From: Eledone cirrhosa
Taxonomy: Eukaryota
Assembly (NCBI GenBank): GCA_964016885.1
Contig: OZ024750.1
Coordinates: 32,612,001-32,676,000 of the forward strand
Direction of reading: 5' to 3'
Length of the DNA: 64,000 nucleotides
In this document: positions 51,708 to 64,000 of the stretch, in pieces
Layout: the number at the start of each line of letters is the position of its first letter
Numbering within the stretch: the stretch's first letter is position 1
Position numbers and translations under genes: made by a program
The notes under the pieces: generated by a model
The model's database searches: none
Told to the model about the DNA's origin: nothing
What the model saw: the letters and a program-made list of their open reading frames with translations, nothing else

Positions 51708-52394
51708 GTATATTTATTTATTTCATGTTATATATTTGTTTATTATTTAGTATTGTAGTATTGTCAAAAAAGTCTAAGCACAGAAAGACAATGATAGAAT
51801 GAGTGAATTTGTATGAGAAAAAAAACAACAACAAAAACGAAAATAGACAACAAAAACTAAACAAAGAAAGCAAGGAAGAATTTCAATAACATTGTTCATG
51901 TTTCTAGTTTGTGTGGGTGGCTGATTAGATTAACATCAAATGTGAAAGAAATAGAGAAGACTATTTTCACTTGTTAGGCAGCCTACAGCATAAAATGCAT
52001 TGCAAATTGATTCCCCTCTTTAAAATTATGTTGTATACCGATTTTCATATTACAATATCTAGAGCCTTTGTTCTTCGTTGTACATCTTGTTGTTTATGTG
52101 GTGGCTGTTGCTTTTATAGAAACATAACTTTCTTGTCTTCTCTATGGCTACCACCAGATTGTTCAATTGTACAAAAGACTGGTTGGTATGGTGGATAATA
52201 AATCGCCATTGTATTATTTTTATTGTCAATGACTCAGACATATATGTGAGACTGCAATATTGTACTGTGAGAAGATAAGAAGAATGACCATTCTTCCAAG
52301 AAACTCTCTTAAGCTGGTTATATTTCTCATAGAAGAACAACATGGAACTATATGTTTAATGTGTATTAAGTTTAGTACTTTACAGGTACCAAAC

Positions 52395-52668
52395 CACATG
52401 CTCTAATGGTTAGGATGTTTGGTGTACAATTGTAATGTCGTCAGTTCAATTCCTAGACAGGCTGGTGTATTGTGTTCTTGAACAAGACATTTATTTCCAT
52501 GTTGCTCCACTACAGTCTGCTGAGAATTAGAACCAGCAGTAACTGGAAAGTTAATCCTGTGATGGACTGGTGTCTTATCCAGGGAGAGTCTTGTATTCAC
52601 AGTTGCTTAACTCCAAGGAAGCCAAGGATAAATGCAGTCTTAATGAACCTTAAGCTTAGAACAGACTT
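52395..52668 (+). mobile_element. SINE family C
   Basis: tRNA-like head, CORE-like, GATGGACTGG..TCCAGGG. Confidence 0.7.
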
Positions 52669-52779
52669 TTAAACTACAATAAAATCTATATTTACACATA
52701 TATGTTAATATGCTAGCAGAAGTAATTGACTTCCATCAGCTGTTCAATCAACAGAATAACCAGCTCAGGAAATTAACAT

Positions 52780-53075
52780 GCAGGTGGCTGATCATTCCAT
52801 AAACATATGTACCTTTAACGCAATTTTCAGGGAGATTCAGCATGATCCTTTGAATTTCAGGATCAGTTCATCTTGTTCTATGATGTAAGTGGGTGAGTAT
52901 TCCATAGACATGTGTACCCTTGATGTAAATCTCAGGGAGATTCAGCATGAGACAGTGTATGACATGGCTGACCCTTTGAATTACAGGTACAGTTCATCTT
53001 GCATTATTGTCTCAGTGGCAGAGTATTCCACATATGTGTACCTTTAATATAATTCTCAGGGAGATTCAGTATGAT
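52780..53075. repeat. About 110-130-bp unit repeated about 2.5 times
   Basis: TTCCA..ATGTGTACC.TT..TCAGGGAGATTCAG.ATGA three times. Confidence 0.8.
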
Positions 53076-53104
53076 ATATGTATGTATATATATTATATAT
53101 ATAT

Positions 53105-53307
53105 AACGGAGGAAATGTGGTAAGGAACCAGGTGAACCATAACGCACCAAAGTACTCAATACTTAGGGTAGTAGAGTGGGTAATAGGAACGAGTAGGACC
53201 CCGACGGCTGAGCTCAAGCCGTTTCGACGGCTAATTCTGGACGGCTAATTTAGTCCAGAATTAGCCGTCGAAACGGCTTGAGCTCAGCCGTTGGGGTCCT
53301 ACTCGTT

Positions 53308-53312
<5 letters not shown>
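53105..53312 (-). mobile_element. Fold-back PLE-like insertion (family of 16074)
   Basis: Turn inside GACGGCTAATT-TAGTCCAG-AATTAGCCGTC-GAAAC. Confidence 0.78.
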
Positions 53313-53340
<28 letters not shown>

Positions 53341-53344
<4 letters not shown>

Positions 53345-53547
53345 TTAATATAGATGAGATTCTACAGGACTAGGACTGTTTCATTCTTTAGAAATCATCA
53401 GGAATTCCTGATTCCTGATGATTTCTAAAGAATGAAACAGTTCTAGTCCTGTAGAATCTCATCTATATTAAAACTTTTATACTCTGCAATGTATTGAGTA
53501 CCTTACTTACTGTGGTTACCTCCGATTCAACCCGGAATAACGTACGT
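53341..53547 (+). mobile_element. Fold-back PLE-like insertion with complete hammerheads in both arms
   Basis: Arms 53341-53405 / 53411-53474; tail ACTCTGCAATGTATTGAGTAC..CGTACG then (TA)n. Confidence 0.8.
53411..53457 (+). ncRNA. Type I hammerhead ribozyme
   Basis: ATTC-CTGATGA-T-TTC-TAAA-GAA-T-GAAACAG-TTCTAGTC-CTGTA|GAAT; mirror at 53359-53405 (-). Confidence 0.8.
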
Positions 53548-53569
53548 ATATATATATATATATATATGG

Positions 53570-53922
53570 TAAAACAAATGTTAAATGACAATCAATTGAT
53601 GAGAGTATTTTATCCACTAGCTTCAGGTTTACACATTGAAATGTTTGTAAACTATAACTGTACTAAATGAAACAACAAATGAAACAACAAATTAAACAAC
53701 AGAGGTATCTCTTAACGAACTTCAAGAAGAAGAATATAGTCGAAGATAAATTACTGCTCTGTATTGGAGACGTTAATGCTAAACTGGAAAACTGTAATGA
53801 TAGTTGGTTTTTTTGTTTTGTTTTTTACTCAATGTATGAGTAAACAAGAAATGGTGGGAAAATGAGATTTGGTTTTACTATATATATATATATATATATC
53901 GAGAGAGAGAGATAGTAAATAA

Positions 53923-53969
<47 letters not shown>

Positions 53970-54960
53970 AAATATTATATATATATGTATATATAGTAAA
54001 TGTTATATATATTTGTTTTGGTTTGTTTTGCTTATTTGTATGGCAAACAAATTGATAATTAATGATACATCTTCCAGCAAAAGAAATATACAGGAATATA
54101 TTTAGACTACTCTAGAGGGAAAATATTAAAACCAAATTTATCATACTGCAATTGATGTCATAGAGTCTTACTAAAAAATATAACAGCGAAGTGAGTGGCC
54201 AATAATTGCTACAAATATCAACCCACAATATCTAAGTGAAAAATTAATGTAAAAAAAAATGTAACTAGAACCTCTACTCTAAAATTTAATGTATAAAAAA
54301 TGTGATTGAACAAAAATGTAAAAGAAGAGTTTAAGTGTGAATATATAAAAATATTGGTTGTTCTGCAGATGTTAATGGATGAAGAGGAAAGAAAGAAGCT
54401 GTACATCAGATGTGAAATGGAACTACATAAAGAATTAAAAGTAACAGTTGGATGCAGAGAAAGAACTAAGAGGTGGGGATGAATTATAAATGAAACTTGG
54501 GACATGATACAGGAAAGGAAATAAGAAAACTTAAATGAGAAACTGTAAGTAACTATGATAAAATGTTACCTATTTTTAAAACAGAATATATAAACAGTTA
54601 TAGCCAAGTAAGAGTACTTGCTAGGTGTGATAAGAGAAACTACTTGAATGGCATTGCAGATAAGATAAATGATTAGATGGGTAGAGGAAATATTAGATTA
54701 GTTTATCAATCAATTAAAGAAATTATGGGCATCAAAGAGCTACGGATTAGAGATATACAGTGAACCTATTAATTAAAGATAAGAAAAAACAGAATAAATG
54801 AAAGGAACACTTCGAAGCAGCATTAAAGAGAATAATTCCACAAAACGAAGAAAATATTCCTCCAGCTGAAAAAGATGTGTATATTGGAAGGTAGGAAATT
54901 GTATTAGCTAAGTTTACAATAAGTGGGTAAAGAAGAAGTTTACAATGATTATAAGACAAT
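53570..54960 (+). pseudogene. Heavily decayed RTE-like LINE ORF (AP endonuclease and linker)
   Basis: LLLCIGDVNAK (GDFNA-like) at about 53750, NQI.H-like at about 54130; A-rich coding-like composition with many stops. Confidence 0.45.
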
Positions 54961-55119
54961 TAAGGAAATATAAAGTATTGGGTGTTGGTAGGAAATGGCA
55001 TCCATGGTTCTATGCCAAACTGGAACATATGAAGTAAGGCATTATCATTTGATCTGCCATGTCTCAGAACATGACAACTCATCTAAGCAATGCCAGCAGG
55101 GAAAATGGGAAAACACTCT

Positions 55120-55446
55120 TACCTCCATCACCCAGTCCACACAGTAAAGTGGTTGTGTTGGTAACATGACAAAAAGTGCCTGGTCCACATTGTAGAGTGT
55201 TCGTGTCAGAAACATGACAAAAATAGTCAGTCCATCTGTAAAGTGGTCATGTTGTTGACATGACAAAAGCACCCAGTCCACATTGTAAATGTGGTTGGTG
55301 TTAGGAAGGATATACAGTCACAGAAACCAAGCCAGAAACAGTTCTGCATGAGCAAGTCATCGTTATCTGATCTGACTTTTGTCACAACAGGACAACTTGC
55401 TTAACCCATGCTAGCCTGGAAAAATGGACATTAAATGATGATGATA
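55120..55446 (+). mobile_element. Older RTE 3' UTR with 3-4 tandem 47-bp-type units
   Basis: Repeated CCAGTCCAC..TGTAAAGTGGT..CATGACAAAA; GAT tail. Confidence 0.7.
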
Positions 55447-55449
55447 TAT

Positions 55450-55825
55450 ATGACACACGACCGTGACTTCTGGCGTCACGCAGTAATACAGAGTACCCGA
55501 CCTCCCATGGGTACATGCTGAAGCATATAAACAATATGCCCCCACACCCCCAACCGCAAGGTGGTCGTGGAGCTGCCACGGCAAAAAAGCACCCAGCCCA
55601 CACTGTAAAGTGGATGTGTAGGCGCCACGAAAAAGCACCCAGCACTCACTGTAAATGAGGTTGGTGTTAGGAAGGGCATCCAGCTGTAGAAATCAAGCCA
55701 GATCAGTTCCTGTATGAGCAAGGCATGGTCAGCCGACCAGACACTGCACACAACAGGACAACCCGTCTAACCCATGCTAGCGTGGAAGAACGGACGTAAA
55801 ACGGTGATGATGATGATGATGATAT
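55450..55825 (+). mobile_element. RTE family C 3' end
   Basis: Near-identical to 37845-38215. Confidence 0.82.
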
Positions 55826-56529
55826 ATTGTTATAATTTGGGTGGGTCATGCTGCCAATAAAAACATGCACCTGTTGGTTTTCACTTCAATTTATTATAAA
55901 CATCCAATTGGTTAGTTTAATAACCAGATGGTTGTTTATTTGTTTATTGTCAAAGCATTTTCATCACACATCCTATGACCTCCTCAGAGACTAATTTGTT
56001 ATTTTGTGTCTCTCCTTTGTTCTGTCCTACACTATTTTGTTTTTGTGAGTTATGTATGTAATTAATATTTCAAATAAAATAGTACGTGAAGATAGCAATG
56101 AACTCTCTTCCATCTTTCCTAACATTTTTCTATGTAAGTTAATCAGACATCATATTTGAAGGCAAGTAAGATAAAAATAAAGATAAAAAAAATTTCAATA
56201 TAGAGAAAAACACACAAAAAACTAAGTACATTAAGAAATTATTCTATCTAAGTCTATTTATTATCTTTTATTTCAGTTTTTGTTTAATGTAGATGACATA
56301 GAGGATTAAAGATTAACTAGAAAATGGTAAGTGGCAGCAAGATTTAGAACTCTTGATCAAAAGTTGTTAATAATTTTCCATTTGTTTTGTAAACAAACCT
56401 AAAGATATTCCTTATTGGAGGTGAAAGCTGTTTTAACTAACTTTGAAGACCTTCATAAGTGTAAATTGTCACATTGTCTTCTTGCCAGCAGGCTTTCTTT
56501 CAAACAATCAGTTTTCATCACATACAAAG

Positions 56530-56599
<70 letters not shown>

Positions 56600-56619
56600 T
56601 CCCCCTCTCTCTCTGTATT

Positions 56620-56650
<31 letters not shown>

Positions 56651-56756
56651 ACACACTCTCTCCTTTTCTCTCATCATCTTCTTTATCTAAATAACTTCCC
56701 CCTCCTCATTATTATTATCATTATTATTATCATTATTATTACTATTATCATCATTA

Positions 56757-56802
<46 letters not shown>

Positions 56803-57393
56803 CGCCATCATTATATGTTATTTTTATTGTTGTAACCAATAACAATCTAAAGGATTAGTCTTCAGATATTTGCTAACACATTCAACAACTGCTGATGTTG
56901 GCTCATTTGTGACCAGGCACAGAAAAACATAATTAGTTACAAATGCTTCCATACACTGTTAATATCTATTGGTTTTCTCTCCCTCAGGCTTACTACAACA
57001 GCTACTTGTTTTCTTCCTCTTTCGTTTATAATCAAAATGGCTTCCCTATGCATTTTACTACATTTTATATTATTCCTTATTATATTATTTCATATTATAT
57101 TATATTATTTTATTACATTTTATTACATTTTATTACATTTTATATTATTTCATATTATATTATATTATTTTATTACATTTTATTACATTTTATATTATTT
57201 TATATTATTTATTTCATTTATATCATTATTTATTGTATGTTAGATATTGGTTTAAAGAAGATATTACATACAAAAATAAGAAAACCTAATTATAACTACT
57301 CTCTGTCTATGTGTATTACTTATGCTGTAGTGTCTTTCATATAAATAGGTTAAATAAACAGAATATTTACAGAAATGAATATATATATATATA

Positions 57394-57925
57394 TGGCTTA
57401 GTGGTTAGAGCATTGGCCTTGCAATCGAAAGGTTGTGAGTTCAATTCTCAGACCGGATGATGTGTTGTTTTCTTGAGCAAGACACTTTATTTCACATTGC
57501 TCCAGTTTACTCAGCTGTAGAAATGAGATGATAGGGACTGGGATCCCTATCATTCCACTGGAGGTGCCACAGCAAAAAAGCACCCAGCACTCACTGTAAA
57601 TGAGGTTGGTGTTAGGAAGGGCATCCAGCTGTAGAAATAAAGTCAGAATAGGTTCTCGTCCCACCCTTGCAAGCAGGGAAAAGCGAACGTAAAATGAAAT
57701 GATGATGATGATGATGATGATGACAGTCCTATAGGAGTGACACACGGCCACCCGATCAATCTTGCATCAAGTGGGGTAACTCCCATCTAACCCATGCTAG
57801 CGTGGAAAATAGACGTTAAACAGTGATGATGATGATATATATACATATACTGCCCACAACAGGACAACCTGTCTAACCCATGCTAGCGTGGAAGAACGGA
57901 CGTAAAACGGTGATGATGATGATAT
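57394..57925 (+). mobile_element. SINE family B followed by two stacked RTE 3' termini
   Basis: SINE to about 57723, family B-like tail 57724-57835, family C tail 57850-57925, each ending in (GAT)n. Confidence 0.85.
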
Positions 57926-58431
57926 ATTCAAGAATAAACAAGACAAGCACAGAGATACAAAATCATAAGTGTGTTCATGTTATTGTTTGCATGTGCAGTG
58001 TATCTGTTTATACTTTGATATTACAGAGATAAAAGTGATGTGTTTAATATCAAACTATTCTGATAATAAACTCATATACACACACTTCCACACACACACA
58101 CACATACATACACGCACATACACACACACATAAACTGATATAGACACAAACTTCTGTACACACAAACATATATAAACTGATACACACACACTTCCACCCA
58201 CACAATTAAAGAATACCTTGAAAATTCTATTTAAACATGATATATCAAATATCATCACCATCGTCACCACCACCACCACCACCACCACCACCACCACACT
58301 CACCACTACCATCATCATCAAAGTTACCATTTCTAATGCTATAAAGAACAAAAGCCACATTGCTTTCTCTTAAGTTAATTTAATTTAAACTAGTGGAAGC
58401 AAACACAAATATATATATATATATATATATA

Positions 58432-58772
58432 TCATCATCATCATCATTTTACGTCCGCTTTTCCCTGCTTGCAAGGGTGGGACGGGAACTGATTCTGGCT
58501 TGATTTCTACAACAGCTGGATGCCCTTCCTAACACCAACCTCATTTACAGTGAGTGCTGGGTGCTTTTTTGCCGTGGCACCTCCACGACCACTTTGCAGT
58601 GGAATGATAGGGACCCCAGTCCCTATCATCTCATTTCTACAGCTGAGTAAACTGGAGCAATGTGAAATAAAGTGTCTTGCTCAAGGAAACAACACATCAC
58701 CCGGTCTGAGAATTGAACTCACAACCTTTCGATTGCAAGGCCAATGCTCTAACCACTAAGCCATGTGCCCCC
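58432..58772 (-). mobile_element. SINE family B
   Basis: Full length. Confidence 0.92.
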
Positions 58773-59035
58773 ATATATATATATATATATATTCCTTCCT
58801 TTACTTTTCTACGGAAATACATAACACACAAAGACATATATATATATATATGTGTGTGTGTGTATTGTTATGCAAACAGAAATATAAATTTACATATATA
58901 TACATATGTATATATATATGTATATGTATATATATATATACATATGTATATATATATACGTATATGTATATATATATATACATATGTATATATATATGTA
59001 CATTTATATTTCTGTTTGCATAACAATACCCCCCC

Positions 59036-59074
<39 letters not shown>

Positions 59075-59221
59075 TATGTTAAGATTACTTTGAGATCCAT
59101 AGCTCTAACAACAACAACAATGAAAATAATGTTGGTGATGATGATGATAGTAAAAAGGAGAAGAAGAAGAAAAATGTAAATAAAAATAACAATTGTTATC
59201 ATTATTTCTATTATTTCCCAG

Positions 59222-59580
59222 CATTTTGTTGAAAGATGGGTGAGAGAGGCAAGAATAGGTCAAGTGAATGGGCCTACTCTGAGTATGTGTCTGTAAGTTA
59301 AAGGTGGAAAACTGGGAGAGGGCACTTGCCCTGGTGGTCAGGGTCACTGTGGCTTTTTAATGGGCTTTCTCCACGAATGTCCCTCGGAAGTCTCCCCCGT
59401 ATTGGGGAATTTTTCATTGTTATTTTTTTGTTACATCCTCTGCTTTTGTTTTTTACATGCAGAAATGACCATTTGTACCATCCTGTATTGTCATGCACTG
59501 TACTTAATGTCTACTTTATGTAAATCCTTGTGGTTAATAAAGAAATCATTATTATTATTATTATTATTACTATTATTATT
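59222..59580 (+). mobile_element. Possible L1/Tx1-like LINE 3' end
   Basis: FVERWVREARIGQVNGPTLSMCL*, T-rich UTR, TGTGG.TAATAAAGAAA then (TTA)n; same terminus reversed at about 38951-39030. Confidence 0.45.
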
Positions 59581-59852
59581 AATCTTTGTTTATACTAAAT
59601 TTATTATATGTTTTTTTTTATAATTTAACAAAGATAAAAAAGATGAAGAAATCAATATTTGAAGAAAATTAAACTTTGACATTTCTTCTTGAATTCCAAT
59701 AATACGTTCAACATAATACAAATAAGAGAGAAGAGAAAAGAAAGGATTGTTCAATAATAATTTAATAAACATATCAGAATTTTACCTACATATACAATAT
59801 AGCTGGAAAAAATATTACGGTAACACAGCACTCACAACTTGACTAGATATAT

Positions 59853-60425
59853 TGATGATGATGATGATGGTTGTGATGGTGGTGGTGGTGGATGTTATTG
59901 TGGTGGCGGTGGTGGTGATGGTAGTGGTGATAGCGATGGTGTTTGTAATTATGGTGGCGATGGTGATGGCGGCGGTGGTGGGGTGATAGTGGTTGTGATG
60001 GTGGTGGTGGCGGATGTTATTGTTGTGGTGGTGATGGTGGTGGTGGGGTGATAGTGGTTGTGATGGTGGTGGCGGTGGTGGGGTGATAGGGGTTGTGATG
60101 GTGGTGGTGGGGTGATAGTGGTTGTGATGGTGGTGGTGGTGGAGGTTATTGTGGTGGTGATGGTGGTAGTGGTGGTAGCGATGGTGTTTGTAATTGTGGT
60201 GGTGGTGGTGGTGTGATAGTGGTTGTGATGGTGGTGGTGGTGGATGTTATTGTGGTGGTGGTGATGGTGGTGGTGGTGGGGTGATAGTGGTGGTGGCAGT
60301 GGTGGTGGGGGTGATAGTGGTTTTGATGGTGGTGGTGGTGGAGGTTATTGTGGTGGTGGTGGTAGTGGTGGTAGCGATGGTGTTTGTAATTGTGGTGGTG
60401 GTGGTAGTGGGGTGATAGTGGTGAC
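59853..60425. repeat. Compound (GGT)/(GAT) repeat with higher-order units
   Basis: Recurring GGGGTGATAGTGGTTGTGATGG and GGA.GTTATTGTGG blocks. Confidence 0.93.
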
Positions 60426-60459
60426 GTTTCAAATGTAGACTTTTTTCTTGTCTTGAATT

Positions 60460-60733
60460 TGTGGCCTAATGGTAAGTGTGTTAGACTTACTACCATACTG
60501 TTACGGGTTCGATTCCTGGACTGGGTATTATGTGGTGTTCTTGAGCAAAACACTTCATTTCATATTGCCCCAGTATACTCAGCTGAAAATAAGTACAAGC
60601 AATTGCTGGGGTTTTAAGCCTGCAATGGACTGGCATCCTGTCCAGGAGTGATTCTTGTACTCTCAGTCACTTAATGCCATGGAAACCAAGATAAGCACCA
60701 GCCTGATGATGCTCCAGGACTGAGGCAGACTTT
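60460..60733 (+). mobile_element. SINE family C
   Basis: TGGCCTAATGG / GGTTCGATTCC boxes, CORE-like, ATGGACTGGCATCCTGTCCAGG. Confidence 0.8.
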
Positions 60734-60904
60734 AGAACTAACGAAAATACTGAACTCATCATTATCAAAATCTTTCTTTCACACTTTCATTTTCATTGTC
60801 ATAAAGATCTTCTTTTTTTTTTTTGGTTACAATAACCACACCTGAATCGTATCATTATCATCATCATCCTTTCCATCATAATCCGCCTCCTCCCCCTCAT
60901 AATC

Positions 60905-61163
60905 AATGACCCTCGATAAGTGCCTCTATTGACAGTGGATCGACAAGATCCCATACCTCAACTAATCGGACTGACGAATAATGTTTCCATTAGTCTTTCC
61001 AATTGCTAATGCTATCTACCAGCTGGAAATCCAGGCAGAAGGAGCAACGTAAAATAAAGTGTCTTGTTCAAGGACATAACGCATCACCCGGCCCTGGAAT
61101 CGAACTCACAACCTCTCACAATTGCCAATCCAATTCTCTAACAATTCAGCCACGCACCTTCAC
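60905..61163 (-). mobile_element. CORE-like SINE (older variant)
   Basis: AAATAAAGTGTCTTGTTCAAGGACA..GAATCGAACTCACAACC. Confidence 0.7.
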
Positions 61164-61343
61164 AAGTACCTCTATGTAATCATTAATCTGCTAGAAATAA
61201 CAGCAAGATTTCACTTAAATTACTCTCTATGTTAATAAAATAGGAAATAATCATTAGATAACATAGTGGTAGATATAAAAAAATGATAGGCTCATCATAG
61301 TTGGAGTACTCTTGATAATATATTTGTTCTGGTAGAGTGTCCC

Positions 61344-61571
61344 ATAACCCTTTAGCATTTATATTACTCTATATTTATTATCATATTTTCAGGGTAAAGG
61401 CTTTACCTTACATAATATCTCACATAATATCGAATCTATGAGATTTTGATATTATTTATTTTGAGAACAATACCTTAACATCAGTATGAGCGGCTGGTTA
61501 CAGCTAATTTGAACAGAAAGAGGTGAGGGAATTCTGGTCAGATATGGCCGGGATAAATGCTAAAGGTTTAA
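61344..61571. mobile_element. piggyBac-type MITE
   Basis: (A)TAACCCTTTAGCATTTA..TAAATGCTAAAGGTTTAA. Confidence 0.75.
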
Positions 61572-62413
61572 GATATGCTGTATGTATATTTAACTTGTTG
61601 CTTAACTTTTAACCCTTAATTCAACGAGTTACCATGAATACTCTATAATATTACAAATTCTTTGACCATAGAAATCTACTCAACTGGGGGGGGGGGGGGG
61701 GTCTTTTAACGGGTTGGCTAACCAACAATAGTAAGATCCTCCCTATTATCATAATCTGCTTCATCCATCTCCTTCTAATCATCATCTCTTCCTGAGTATA
61801 GCTGAGCAGCAGAATAGTTAAATATATTTACACCTGATAAAATATAGATTTAACAATGAGTACTCTTGATAATACACCTGGTCGATTGGGATTGTTTTTG
61901 CTGGGGGAGACTAACCAACAATAGTAATGTTCTCCCTATTATTTTTATCCACTTCAGCCTCCTCCACTTCCTCCACATCATCATCATCATCACATGAGAG
62001 TGAATATGTTGAACAATAGTGAAATATATTTAAACCAGATAATTTGGGTTACACTTCCTGTTTGGGTTGCATTTTCTGAAAGCAAATGAAGCCAGTTTTA
62101 GAGTTCCGTTTCGTCACTACTATCACAACCTTGTTGCTTTCCATCATATATATATATATTGATTATTTCTTGTTATTGAACATGATCTATGTTTTGTTAA
62201 ATATTGGCATGATCAAATTTGAACCCAACTCTTATACTATCACCTGTACTTAGTCTATCAATCCTGTTAGAAAAAAAAGTAACATCGACATCGACAGAAT
62301 TTGCACTTGTACACTAATGAGGACGAAACAATGTCCTGTAAATCATATGGTACTACTTCTACATACATACGTACATACATGCATACATACATAGATACAT
62401 ATATATATATATA

Positions 62414-62452
<39 letters not shown>

Positions 62453-62454
62453 GA

Positions 62455-62655
62455 AGGAAGTTGAAAGAAGACGTGGTAGAGATAGACCACGAAAAACCTG
62501 GTCGGAGGTGGTGAGAACAGACTTCAGATCATTGAAGCCCACGGTGGAGATGACGAAGGACCGTGACGAGTGGAGAGATGCTGTGCTGAATAAGACCCGT
62601 CCCACCCTTGCAAGCAGGGTAAAGCGGACGTAAAATGATGATGATGATGATGATG
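62455..62655 (+). mobile_element. RTE family A 3' fragment
   Basis: Close match to 21590-21780. Confidence 0.92.
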
Positions 62656-62699
62656 TACGTATGACATACCTACATAGATACATATACATATATATATAT

Positions 62700-63049
62700 A
62701 TCATCATCATCATTTCATCATTTCATTTTACGTCCGCTTTTCCCTGCTTGCAAGGGTGGGACGGGAACTGATTCTGGCTTGATTTCTACAGCTGGATGCC
62801 CTTCCTAACACCAACCTCATTTACAGTGAGTGCTGGGTGCTTTTTTGCTGTGGCACCTCCACGACCACTTTGCAGTGGAATGATAGGGACCCCAGTCCCT
62901 ATCATCTCATTTCTACAGCTGAGTAAACTGGAGCAATGTGAAATAAAGTGTCTTGCTTAAGGAAACAACACATCACCCGGTCTGAGAATTGAACTCACAA
63001 CCTTTCGATTGCAAGGCCAATGCTCTAACCACTAAGCCATGTGCCTCCA
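62700..63049 (-). mobile_element. SINE family B
   Basis: Full length. Confidence 0.92.
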
Positions 63050-63267
63050 TATATATATATATGTATATATACATATGACATACCTACATAGATACATATA
63101 TAAATATGACATACATACAACATATGACTCATACATACATATCTACATATGACATACATACATACATATATGCATATGACATACATACATACATATATGC
63201 ATAGGACATGCATACATACATATGACACGCATACATATATATATATATATATATATGACATACATAC

Positions 63268-63640
63268 ATGATGGCTGCAACTCGATTTCAAGAAATGCTA
63301 TCACATGATACTTATGCATGAGCATCATGGAGTAGCTTTTTAGTCCTGCTAGGGACTTGCCTATGGTCAGAAATATCATGCATCGCAAAAAATGTCACAT
63401 ATGAAGTGATGCATGTGCTTGAAGCTGCTTTAAGTGAGGAAAGGCTTTGCATGGGGCCAATCCCACTCTTTGAATTTCAAATGCATTTGCCCAAAAAGAA
63501 GAACTGGTCTACATCATCGGAAGTAAATGCATTCGCAGGTTTTATATCAGAATAACCTTCTCCTAGAGAGATGTCTTAACTACTTGGAGTCTCTTGCTCC
63601 ATAAAATATATGAACCTACAGTAACTCAGCGTTACACTCC
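63268..63640 (-). mobile_element. Decayed RTE (BovB-like) 3' fragment
   Basis: GKSLAGLKSY resembles the CKSLAGLKCH end of 11495-12052. Confidence 0.45.
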
Positions 63641-63644
63641 ATGG

Positions 63645-63681
<37 letters not shown>

Positions 63682-63717
63682 ATATATATACATATATGGA
63701 GGCACATATACATGCAT

Positions 63718-64000
63718 GGAGGCACATGGTTTAGTGGGTAGAGCAGTGGCCTTGCAATCGAAAGGTTGTGAGTTTAATTCTCAGACCGGGTGACATGTTG
63801 TTTCCTTGAGCAAGACACTTTATTTCACATTTCTCCAGTTTACTCAGCTGTAGAAATGAGATGATAGGACTGGGGTCCCTATCATTCCACTGCAAAGTGG
63901 TCGTGGAGGTGCCATGGCAAAAAAGCACCCAGCACTCACTGTAAATGAGGTTGGTGTTAGGAAGGGCATCCAACTGTAGAAATCAAGCCAGAATCAGTTC
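63718..64000 (+). mobile_element. SINE family B (cut by window end)
   Basis: Family B consensus. Confidence 0.92.

Noticed and set aside
62314-62345. Hammerhead-like CTAATGA-GGAC..GTCC-TGTAA
   Set aside because: Both core boxes are mutated and there is no stem I/III support.

Overview
AT-rich, repeat-saturated eukaryotic non-coding DNA, most likely from an octopus or other cephalopod (inferred from the SINE types and microsatellite load; not provable here). No convincing host gene is present, apart from one candidate 41-nt micro-exon on the minus strand. Nearly all ORFs in the track are translated (TA)n/(CA)n/(CT)n/(GAT)n/(GGT)n microsatellites. The real content is: two 5'-truncated RTE-clade LINE ORFs (19494-21764 +, 31017-32411 -), both with a C4HC3 PHD-type finger inserted inside the RT domain, plus many RTE 3' fragments; about 14 young tRNA/CORE SINEs with an RTE-derived tail; about 13 tRNA SINEs with a Meta-like core; R4/Dong fragments in (TAA)n; a non-autonomous Helitron; TTAA piggyBac-type MITEs; and a TGT..ACA Ginger-type MITE. 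The most striking signal is about 20 short fold-back (palindromic) insertions, nearly all in (TA)n and from more than 10 families with unrelated sequence. Many carry type I hammerhead ribozyme cores, which points to Penelope-like retroelement pseudo-LTRs. Most share one architecture: the fold-back point lies in or just upstream of the ribozyme, and the short inverted arm stops about 0-8 nt before a conserved RCTC...GAGY stem-loop that starts the unpaired 3' tail. Coordinates were read by eye and may be off by a few nt.
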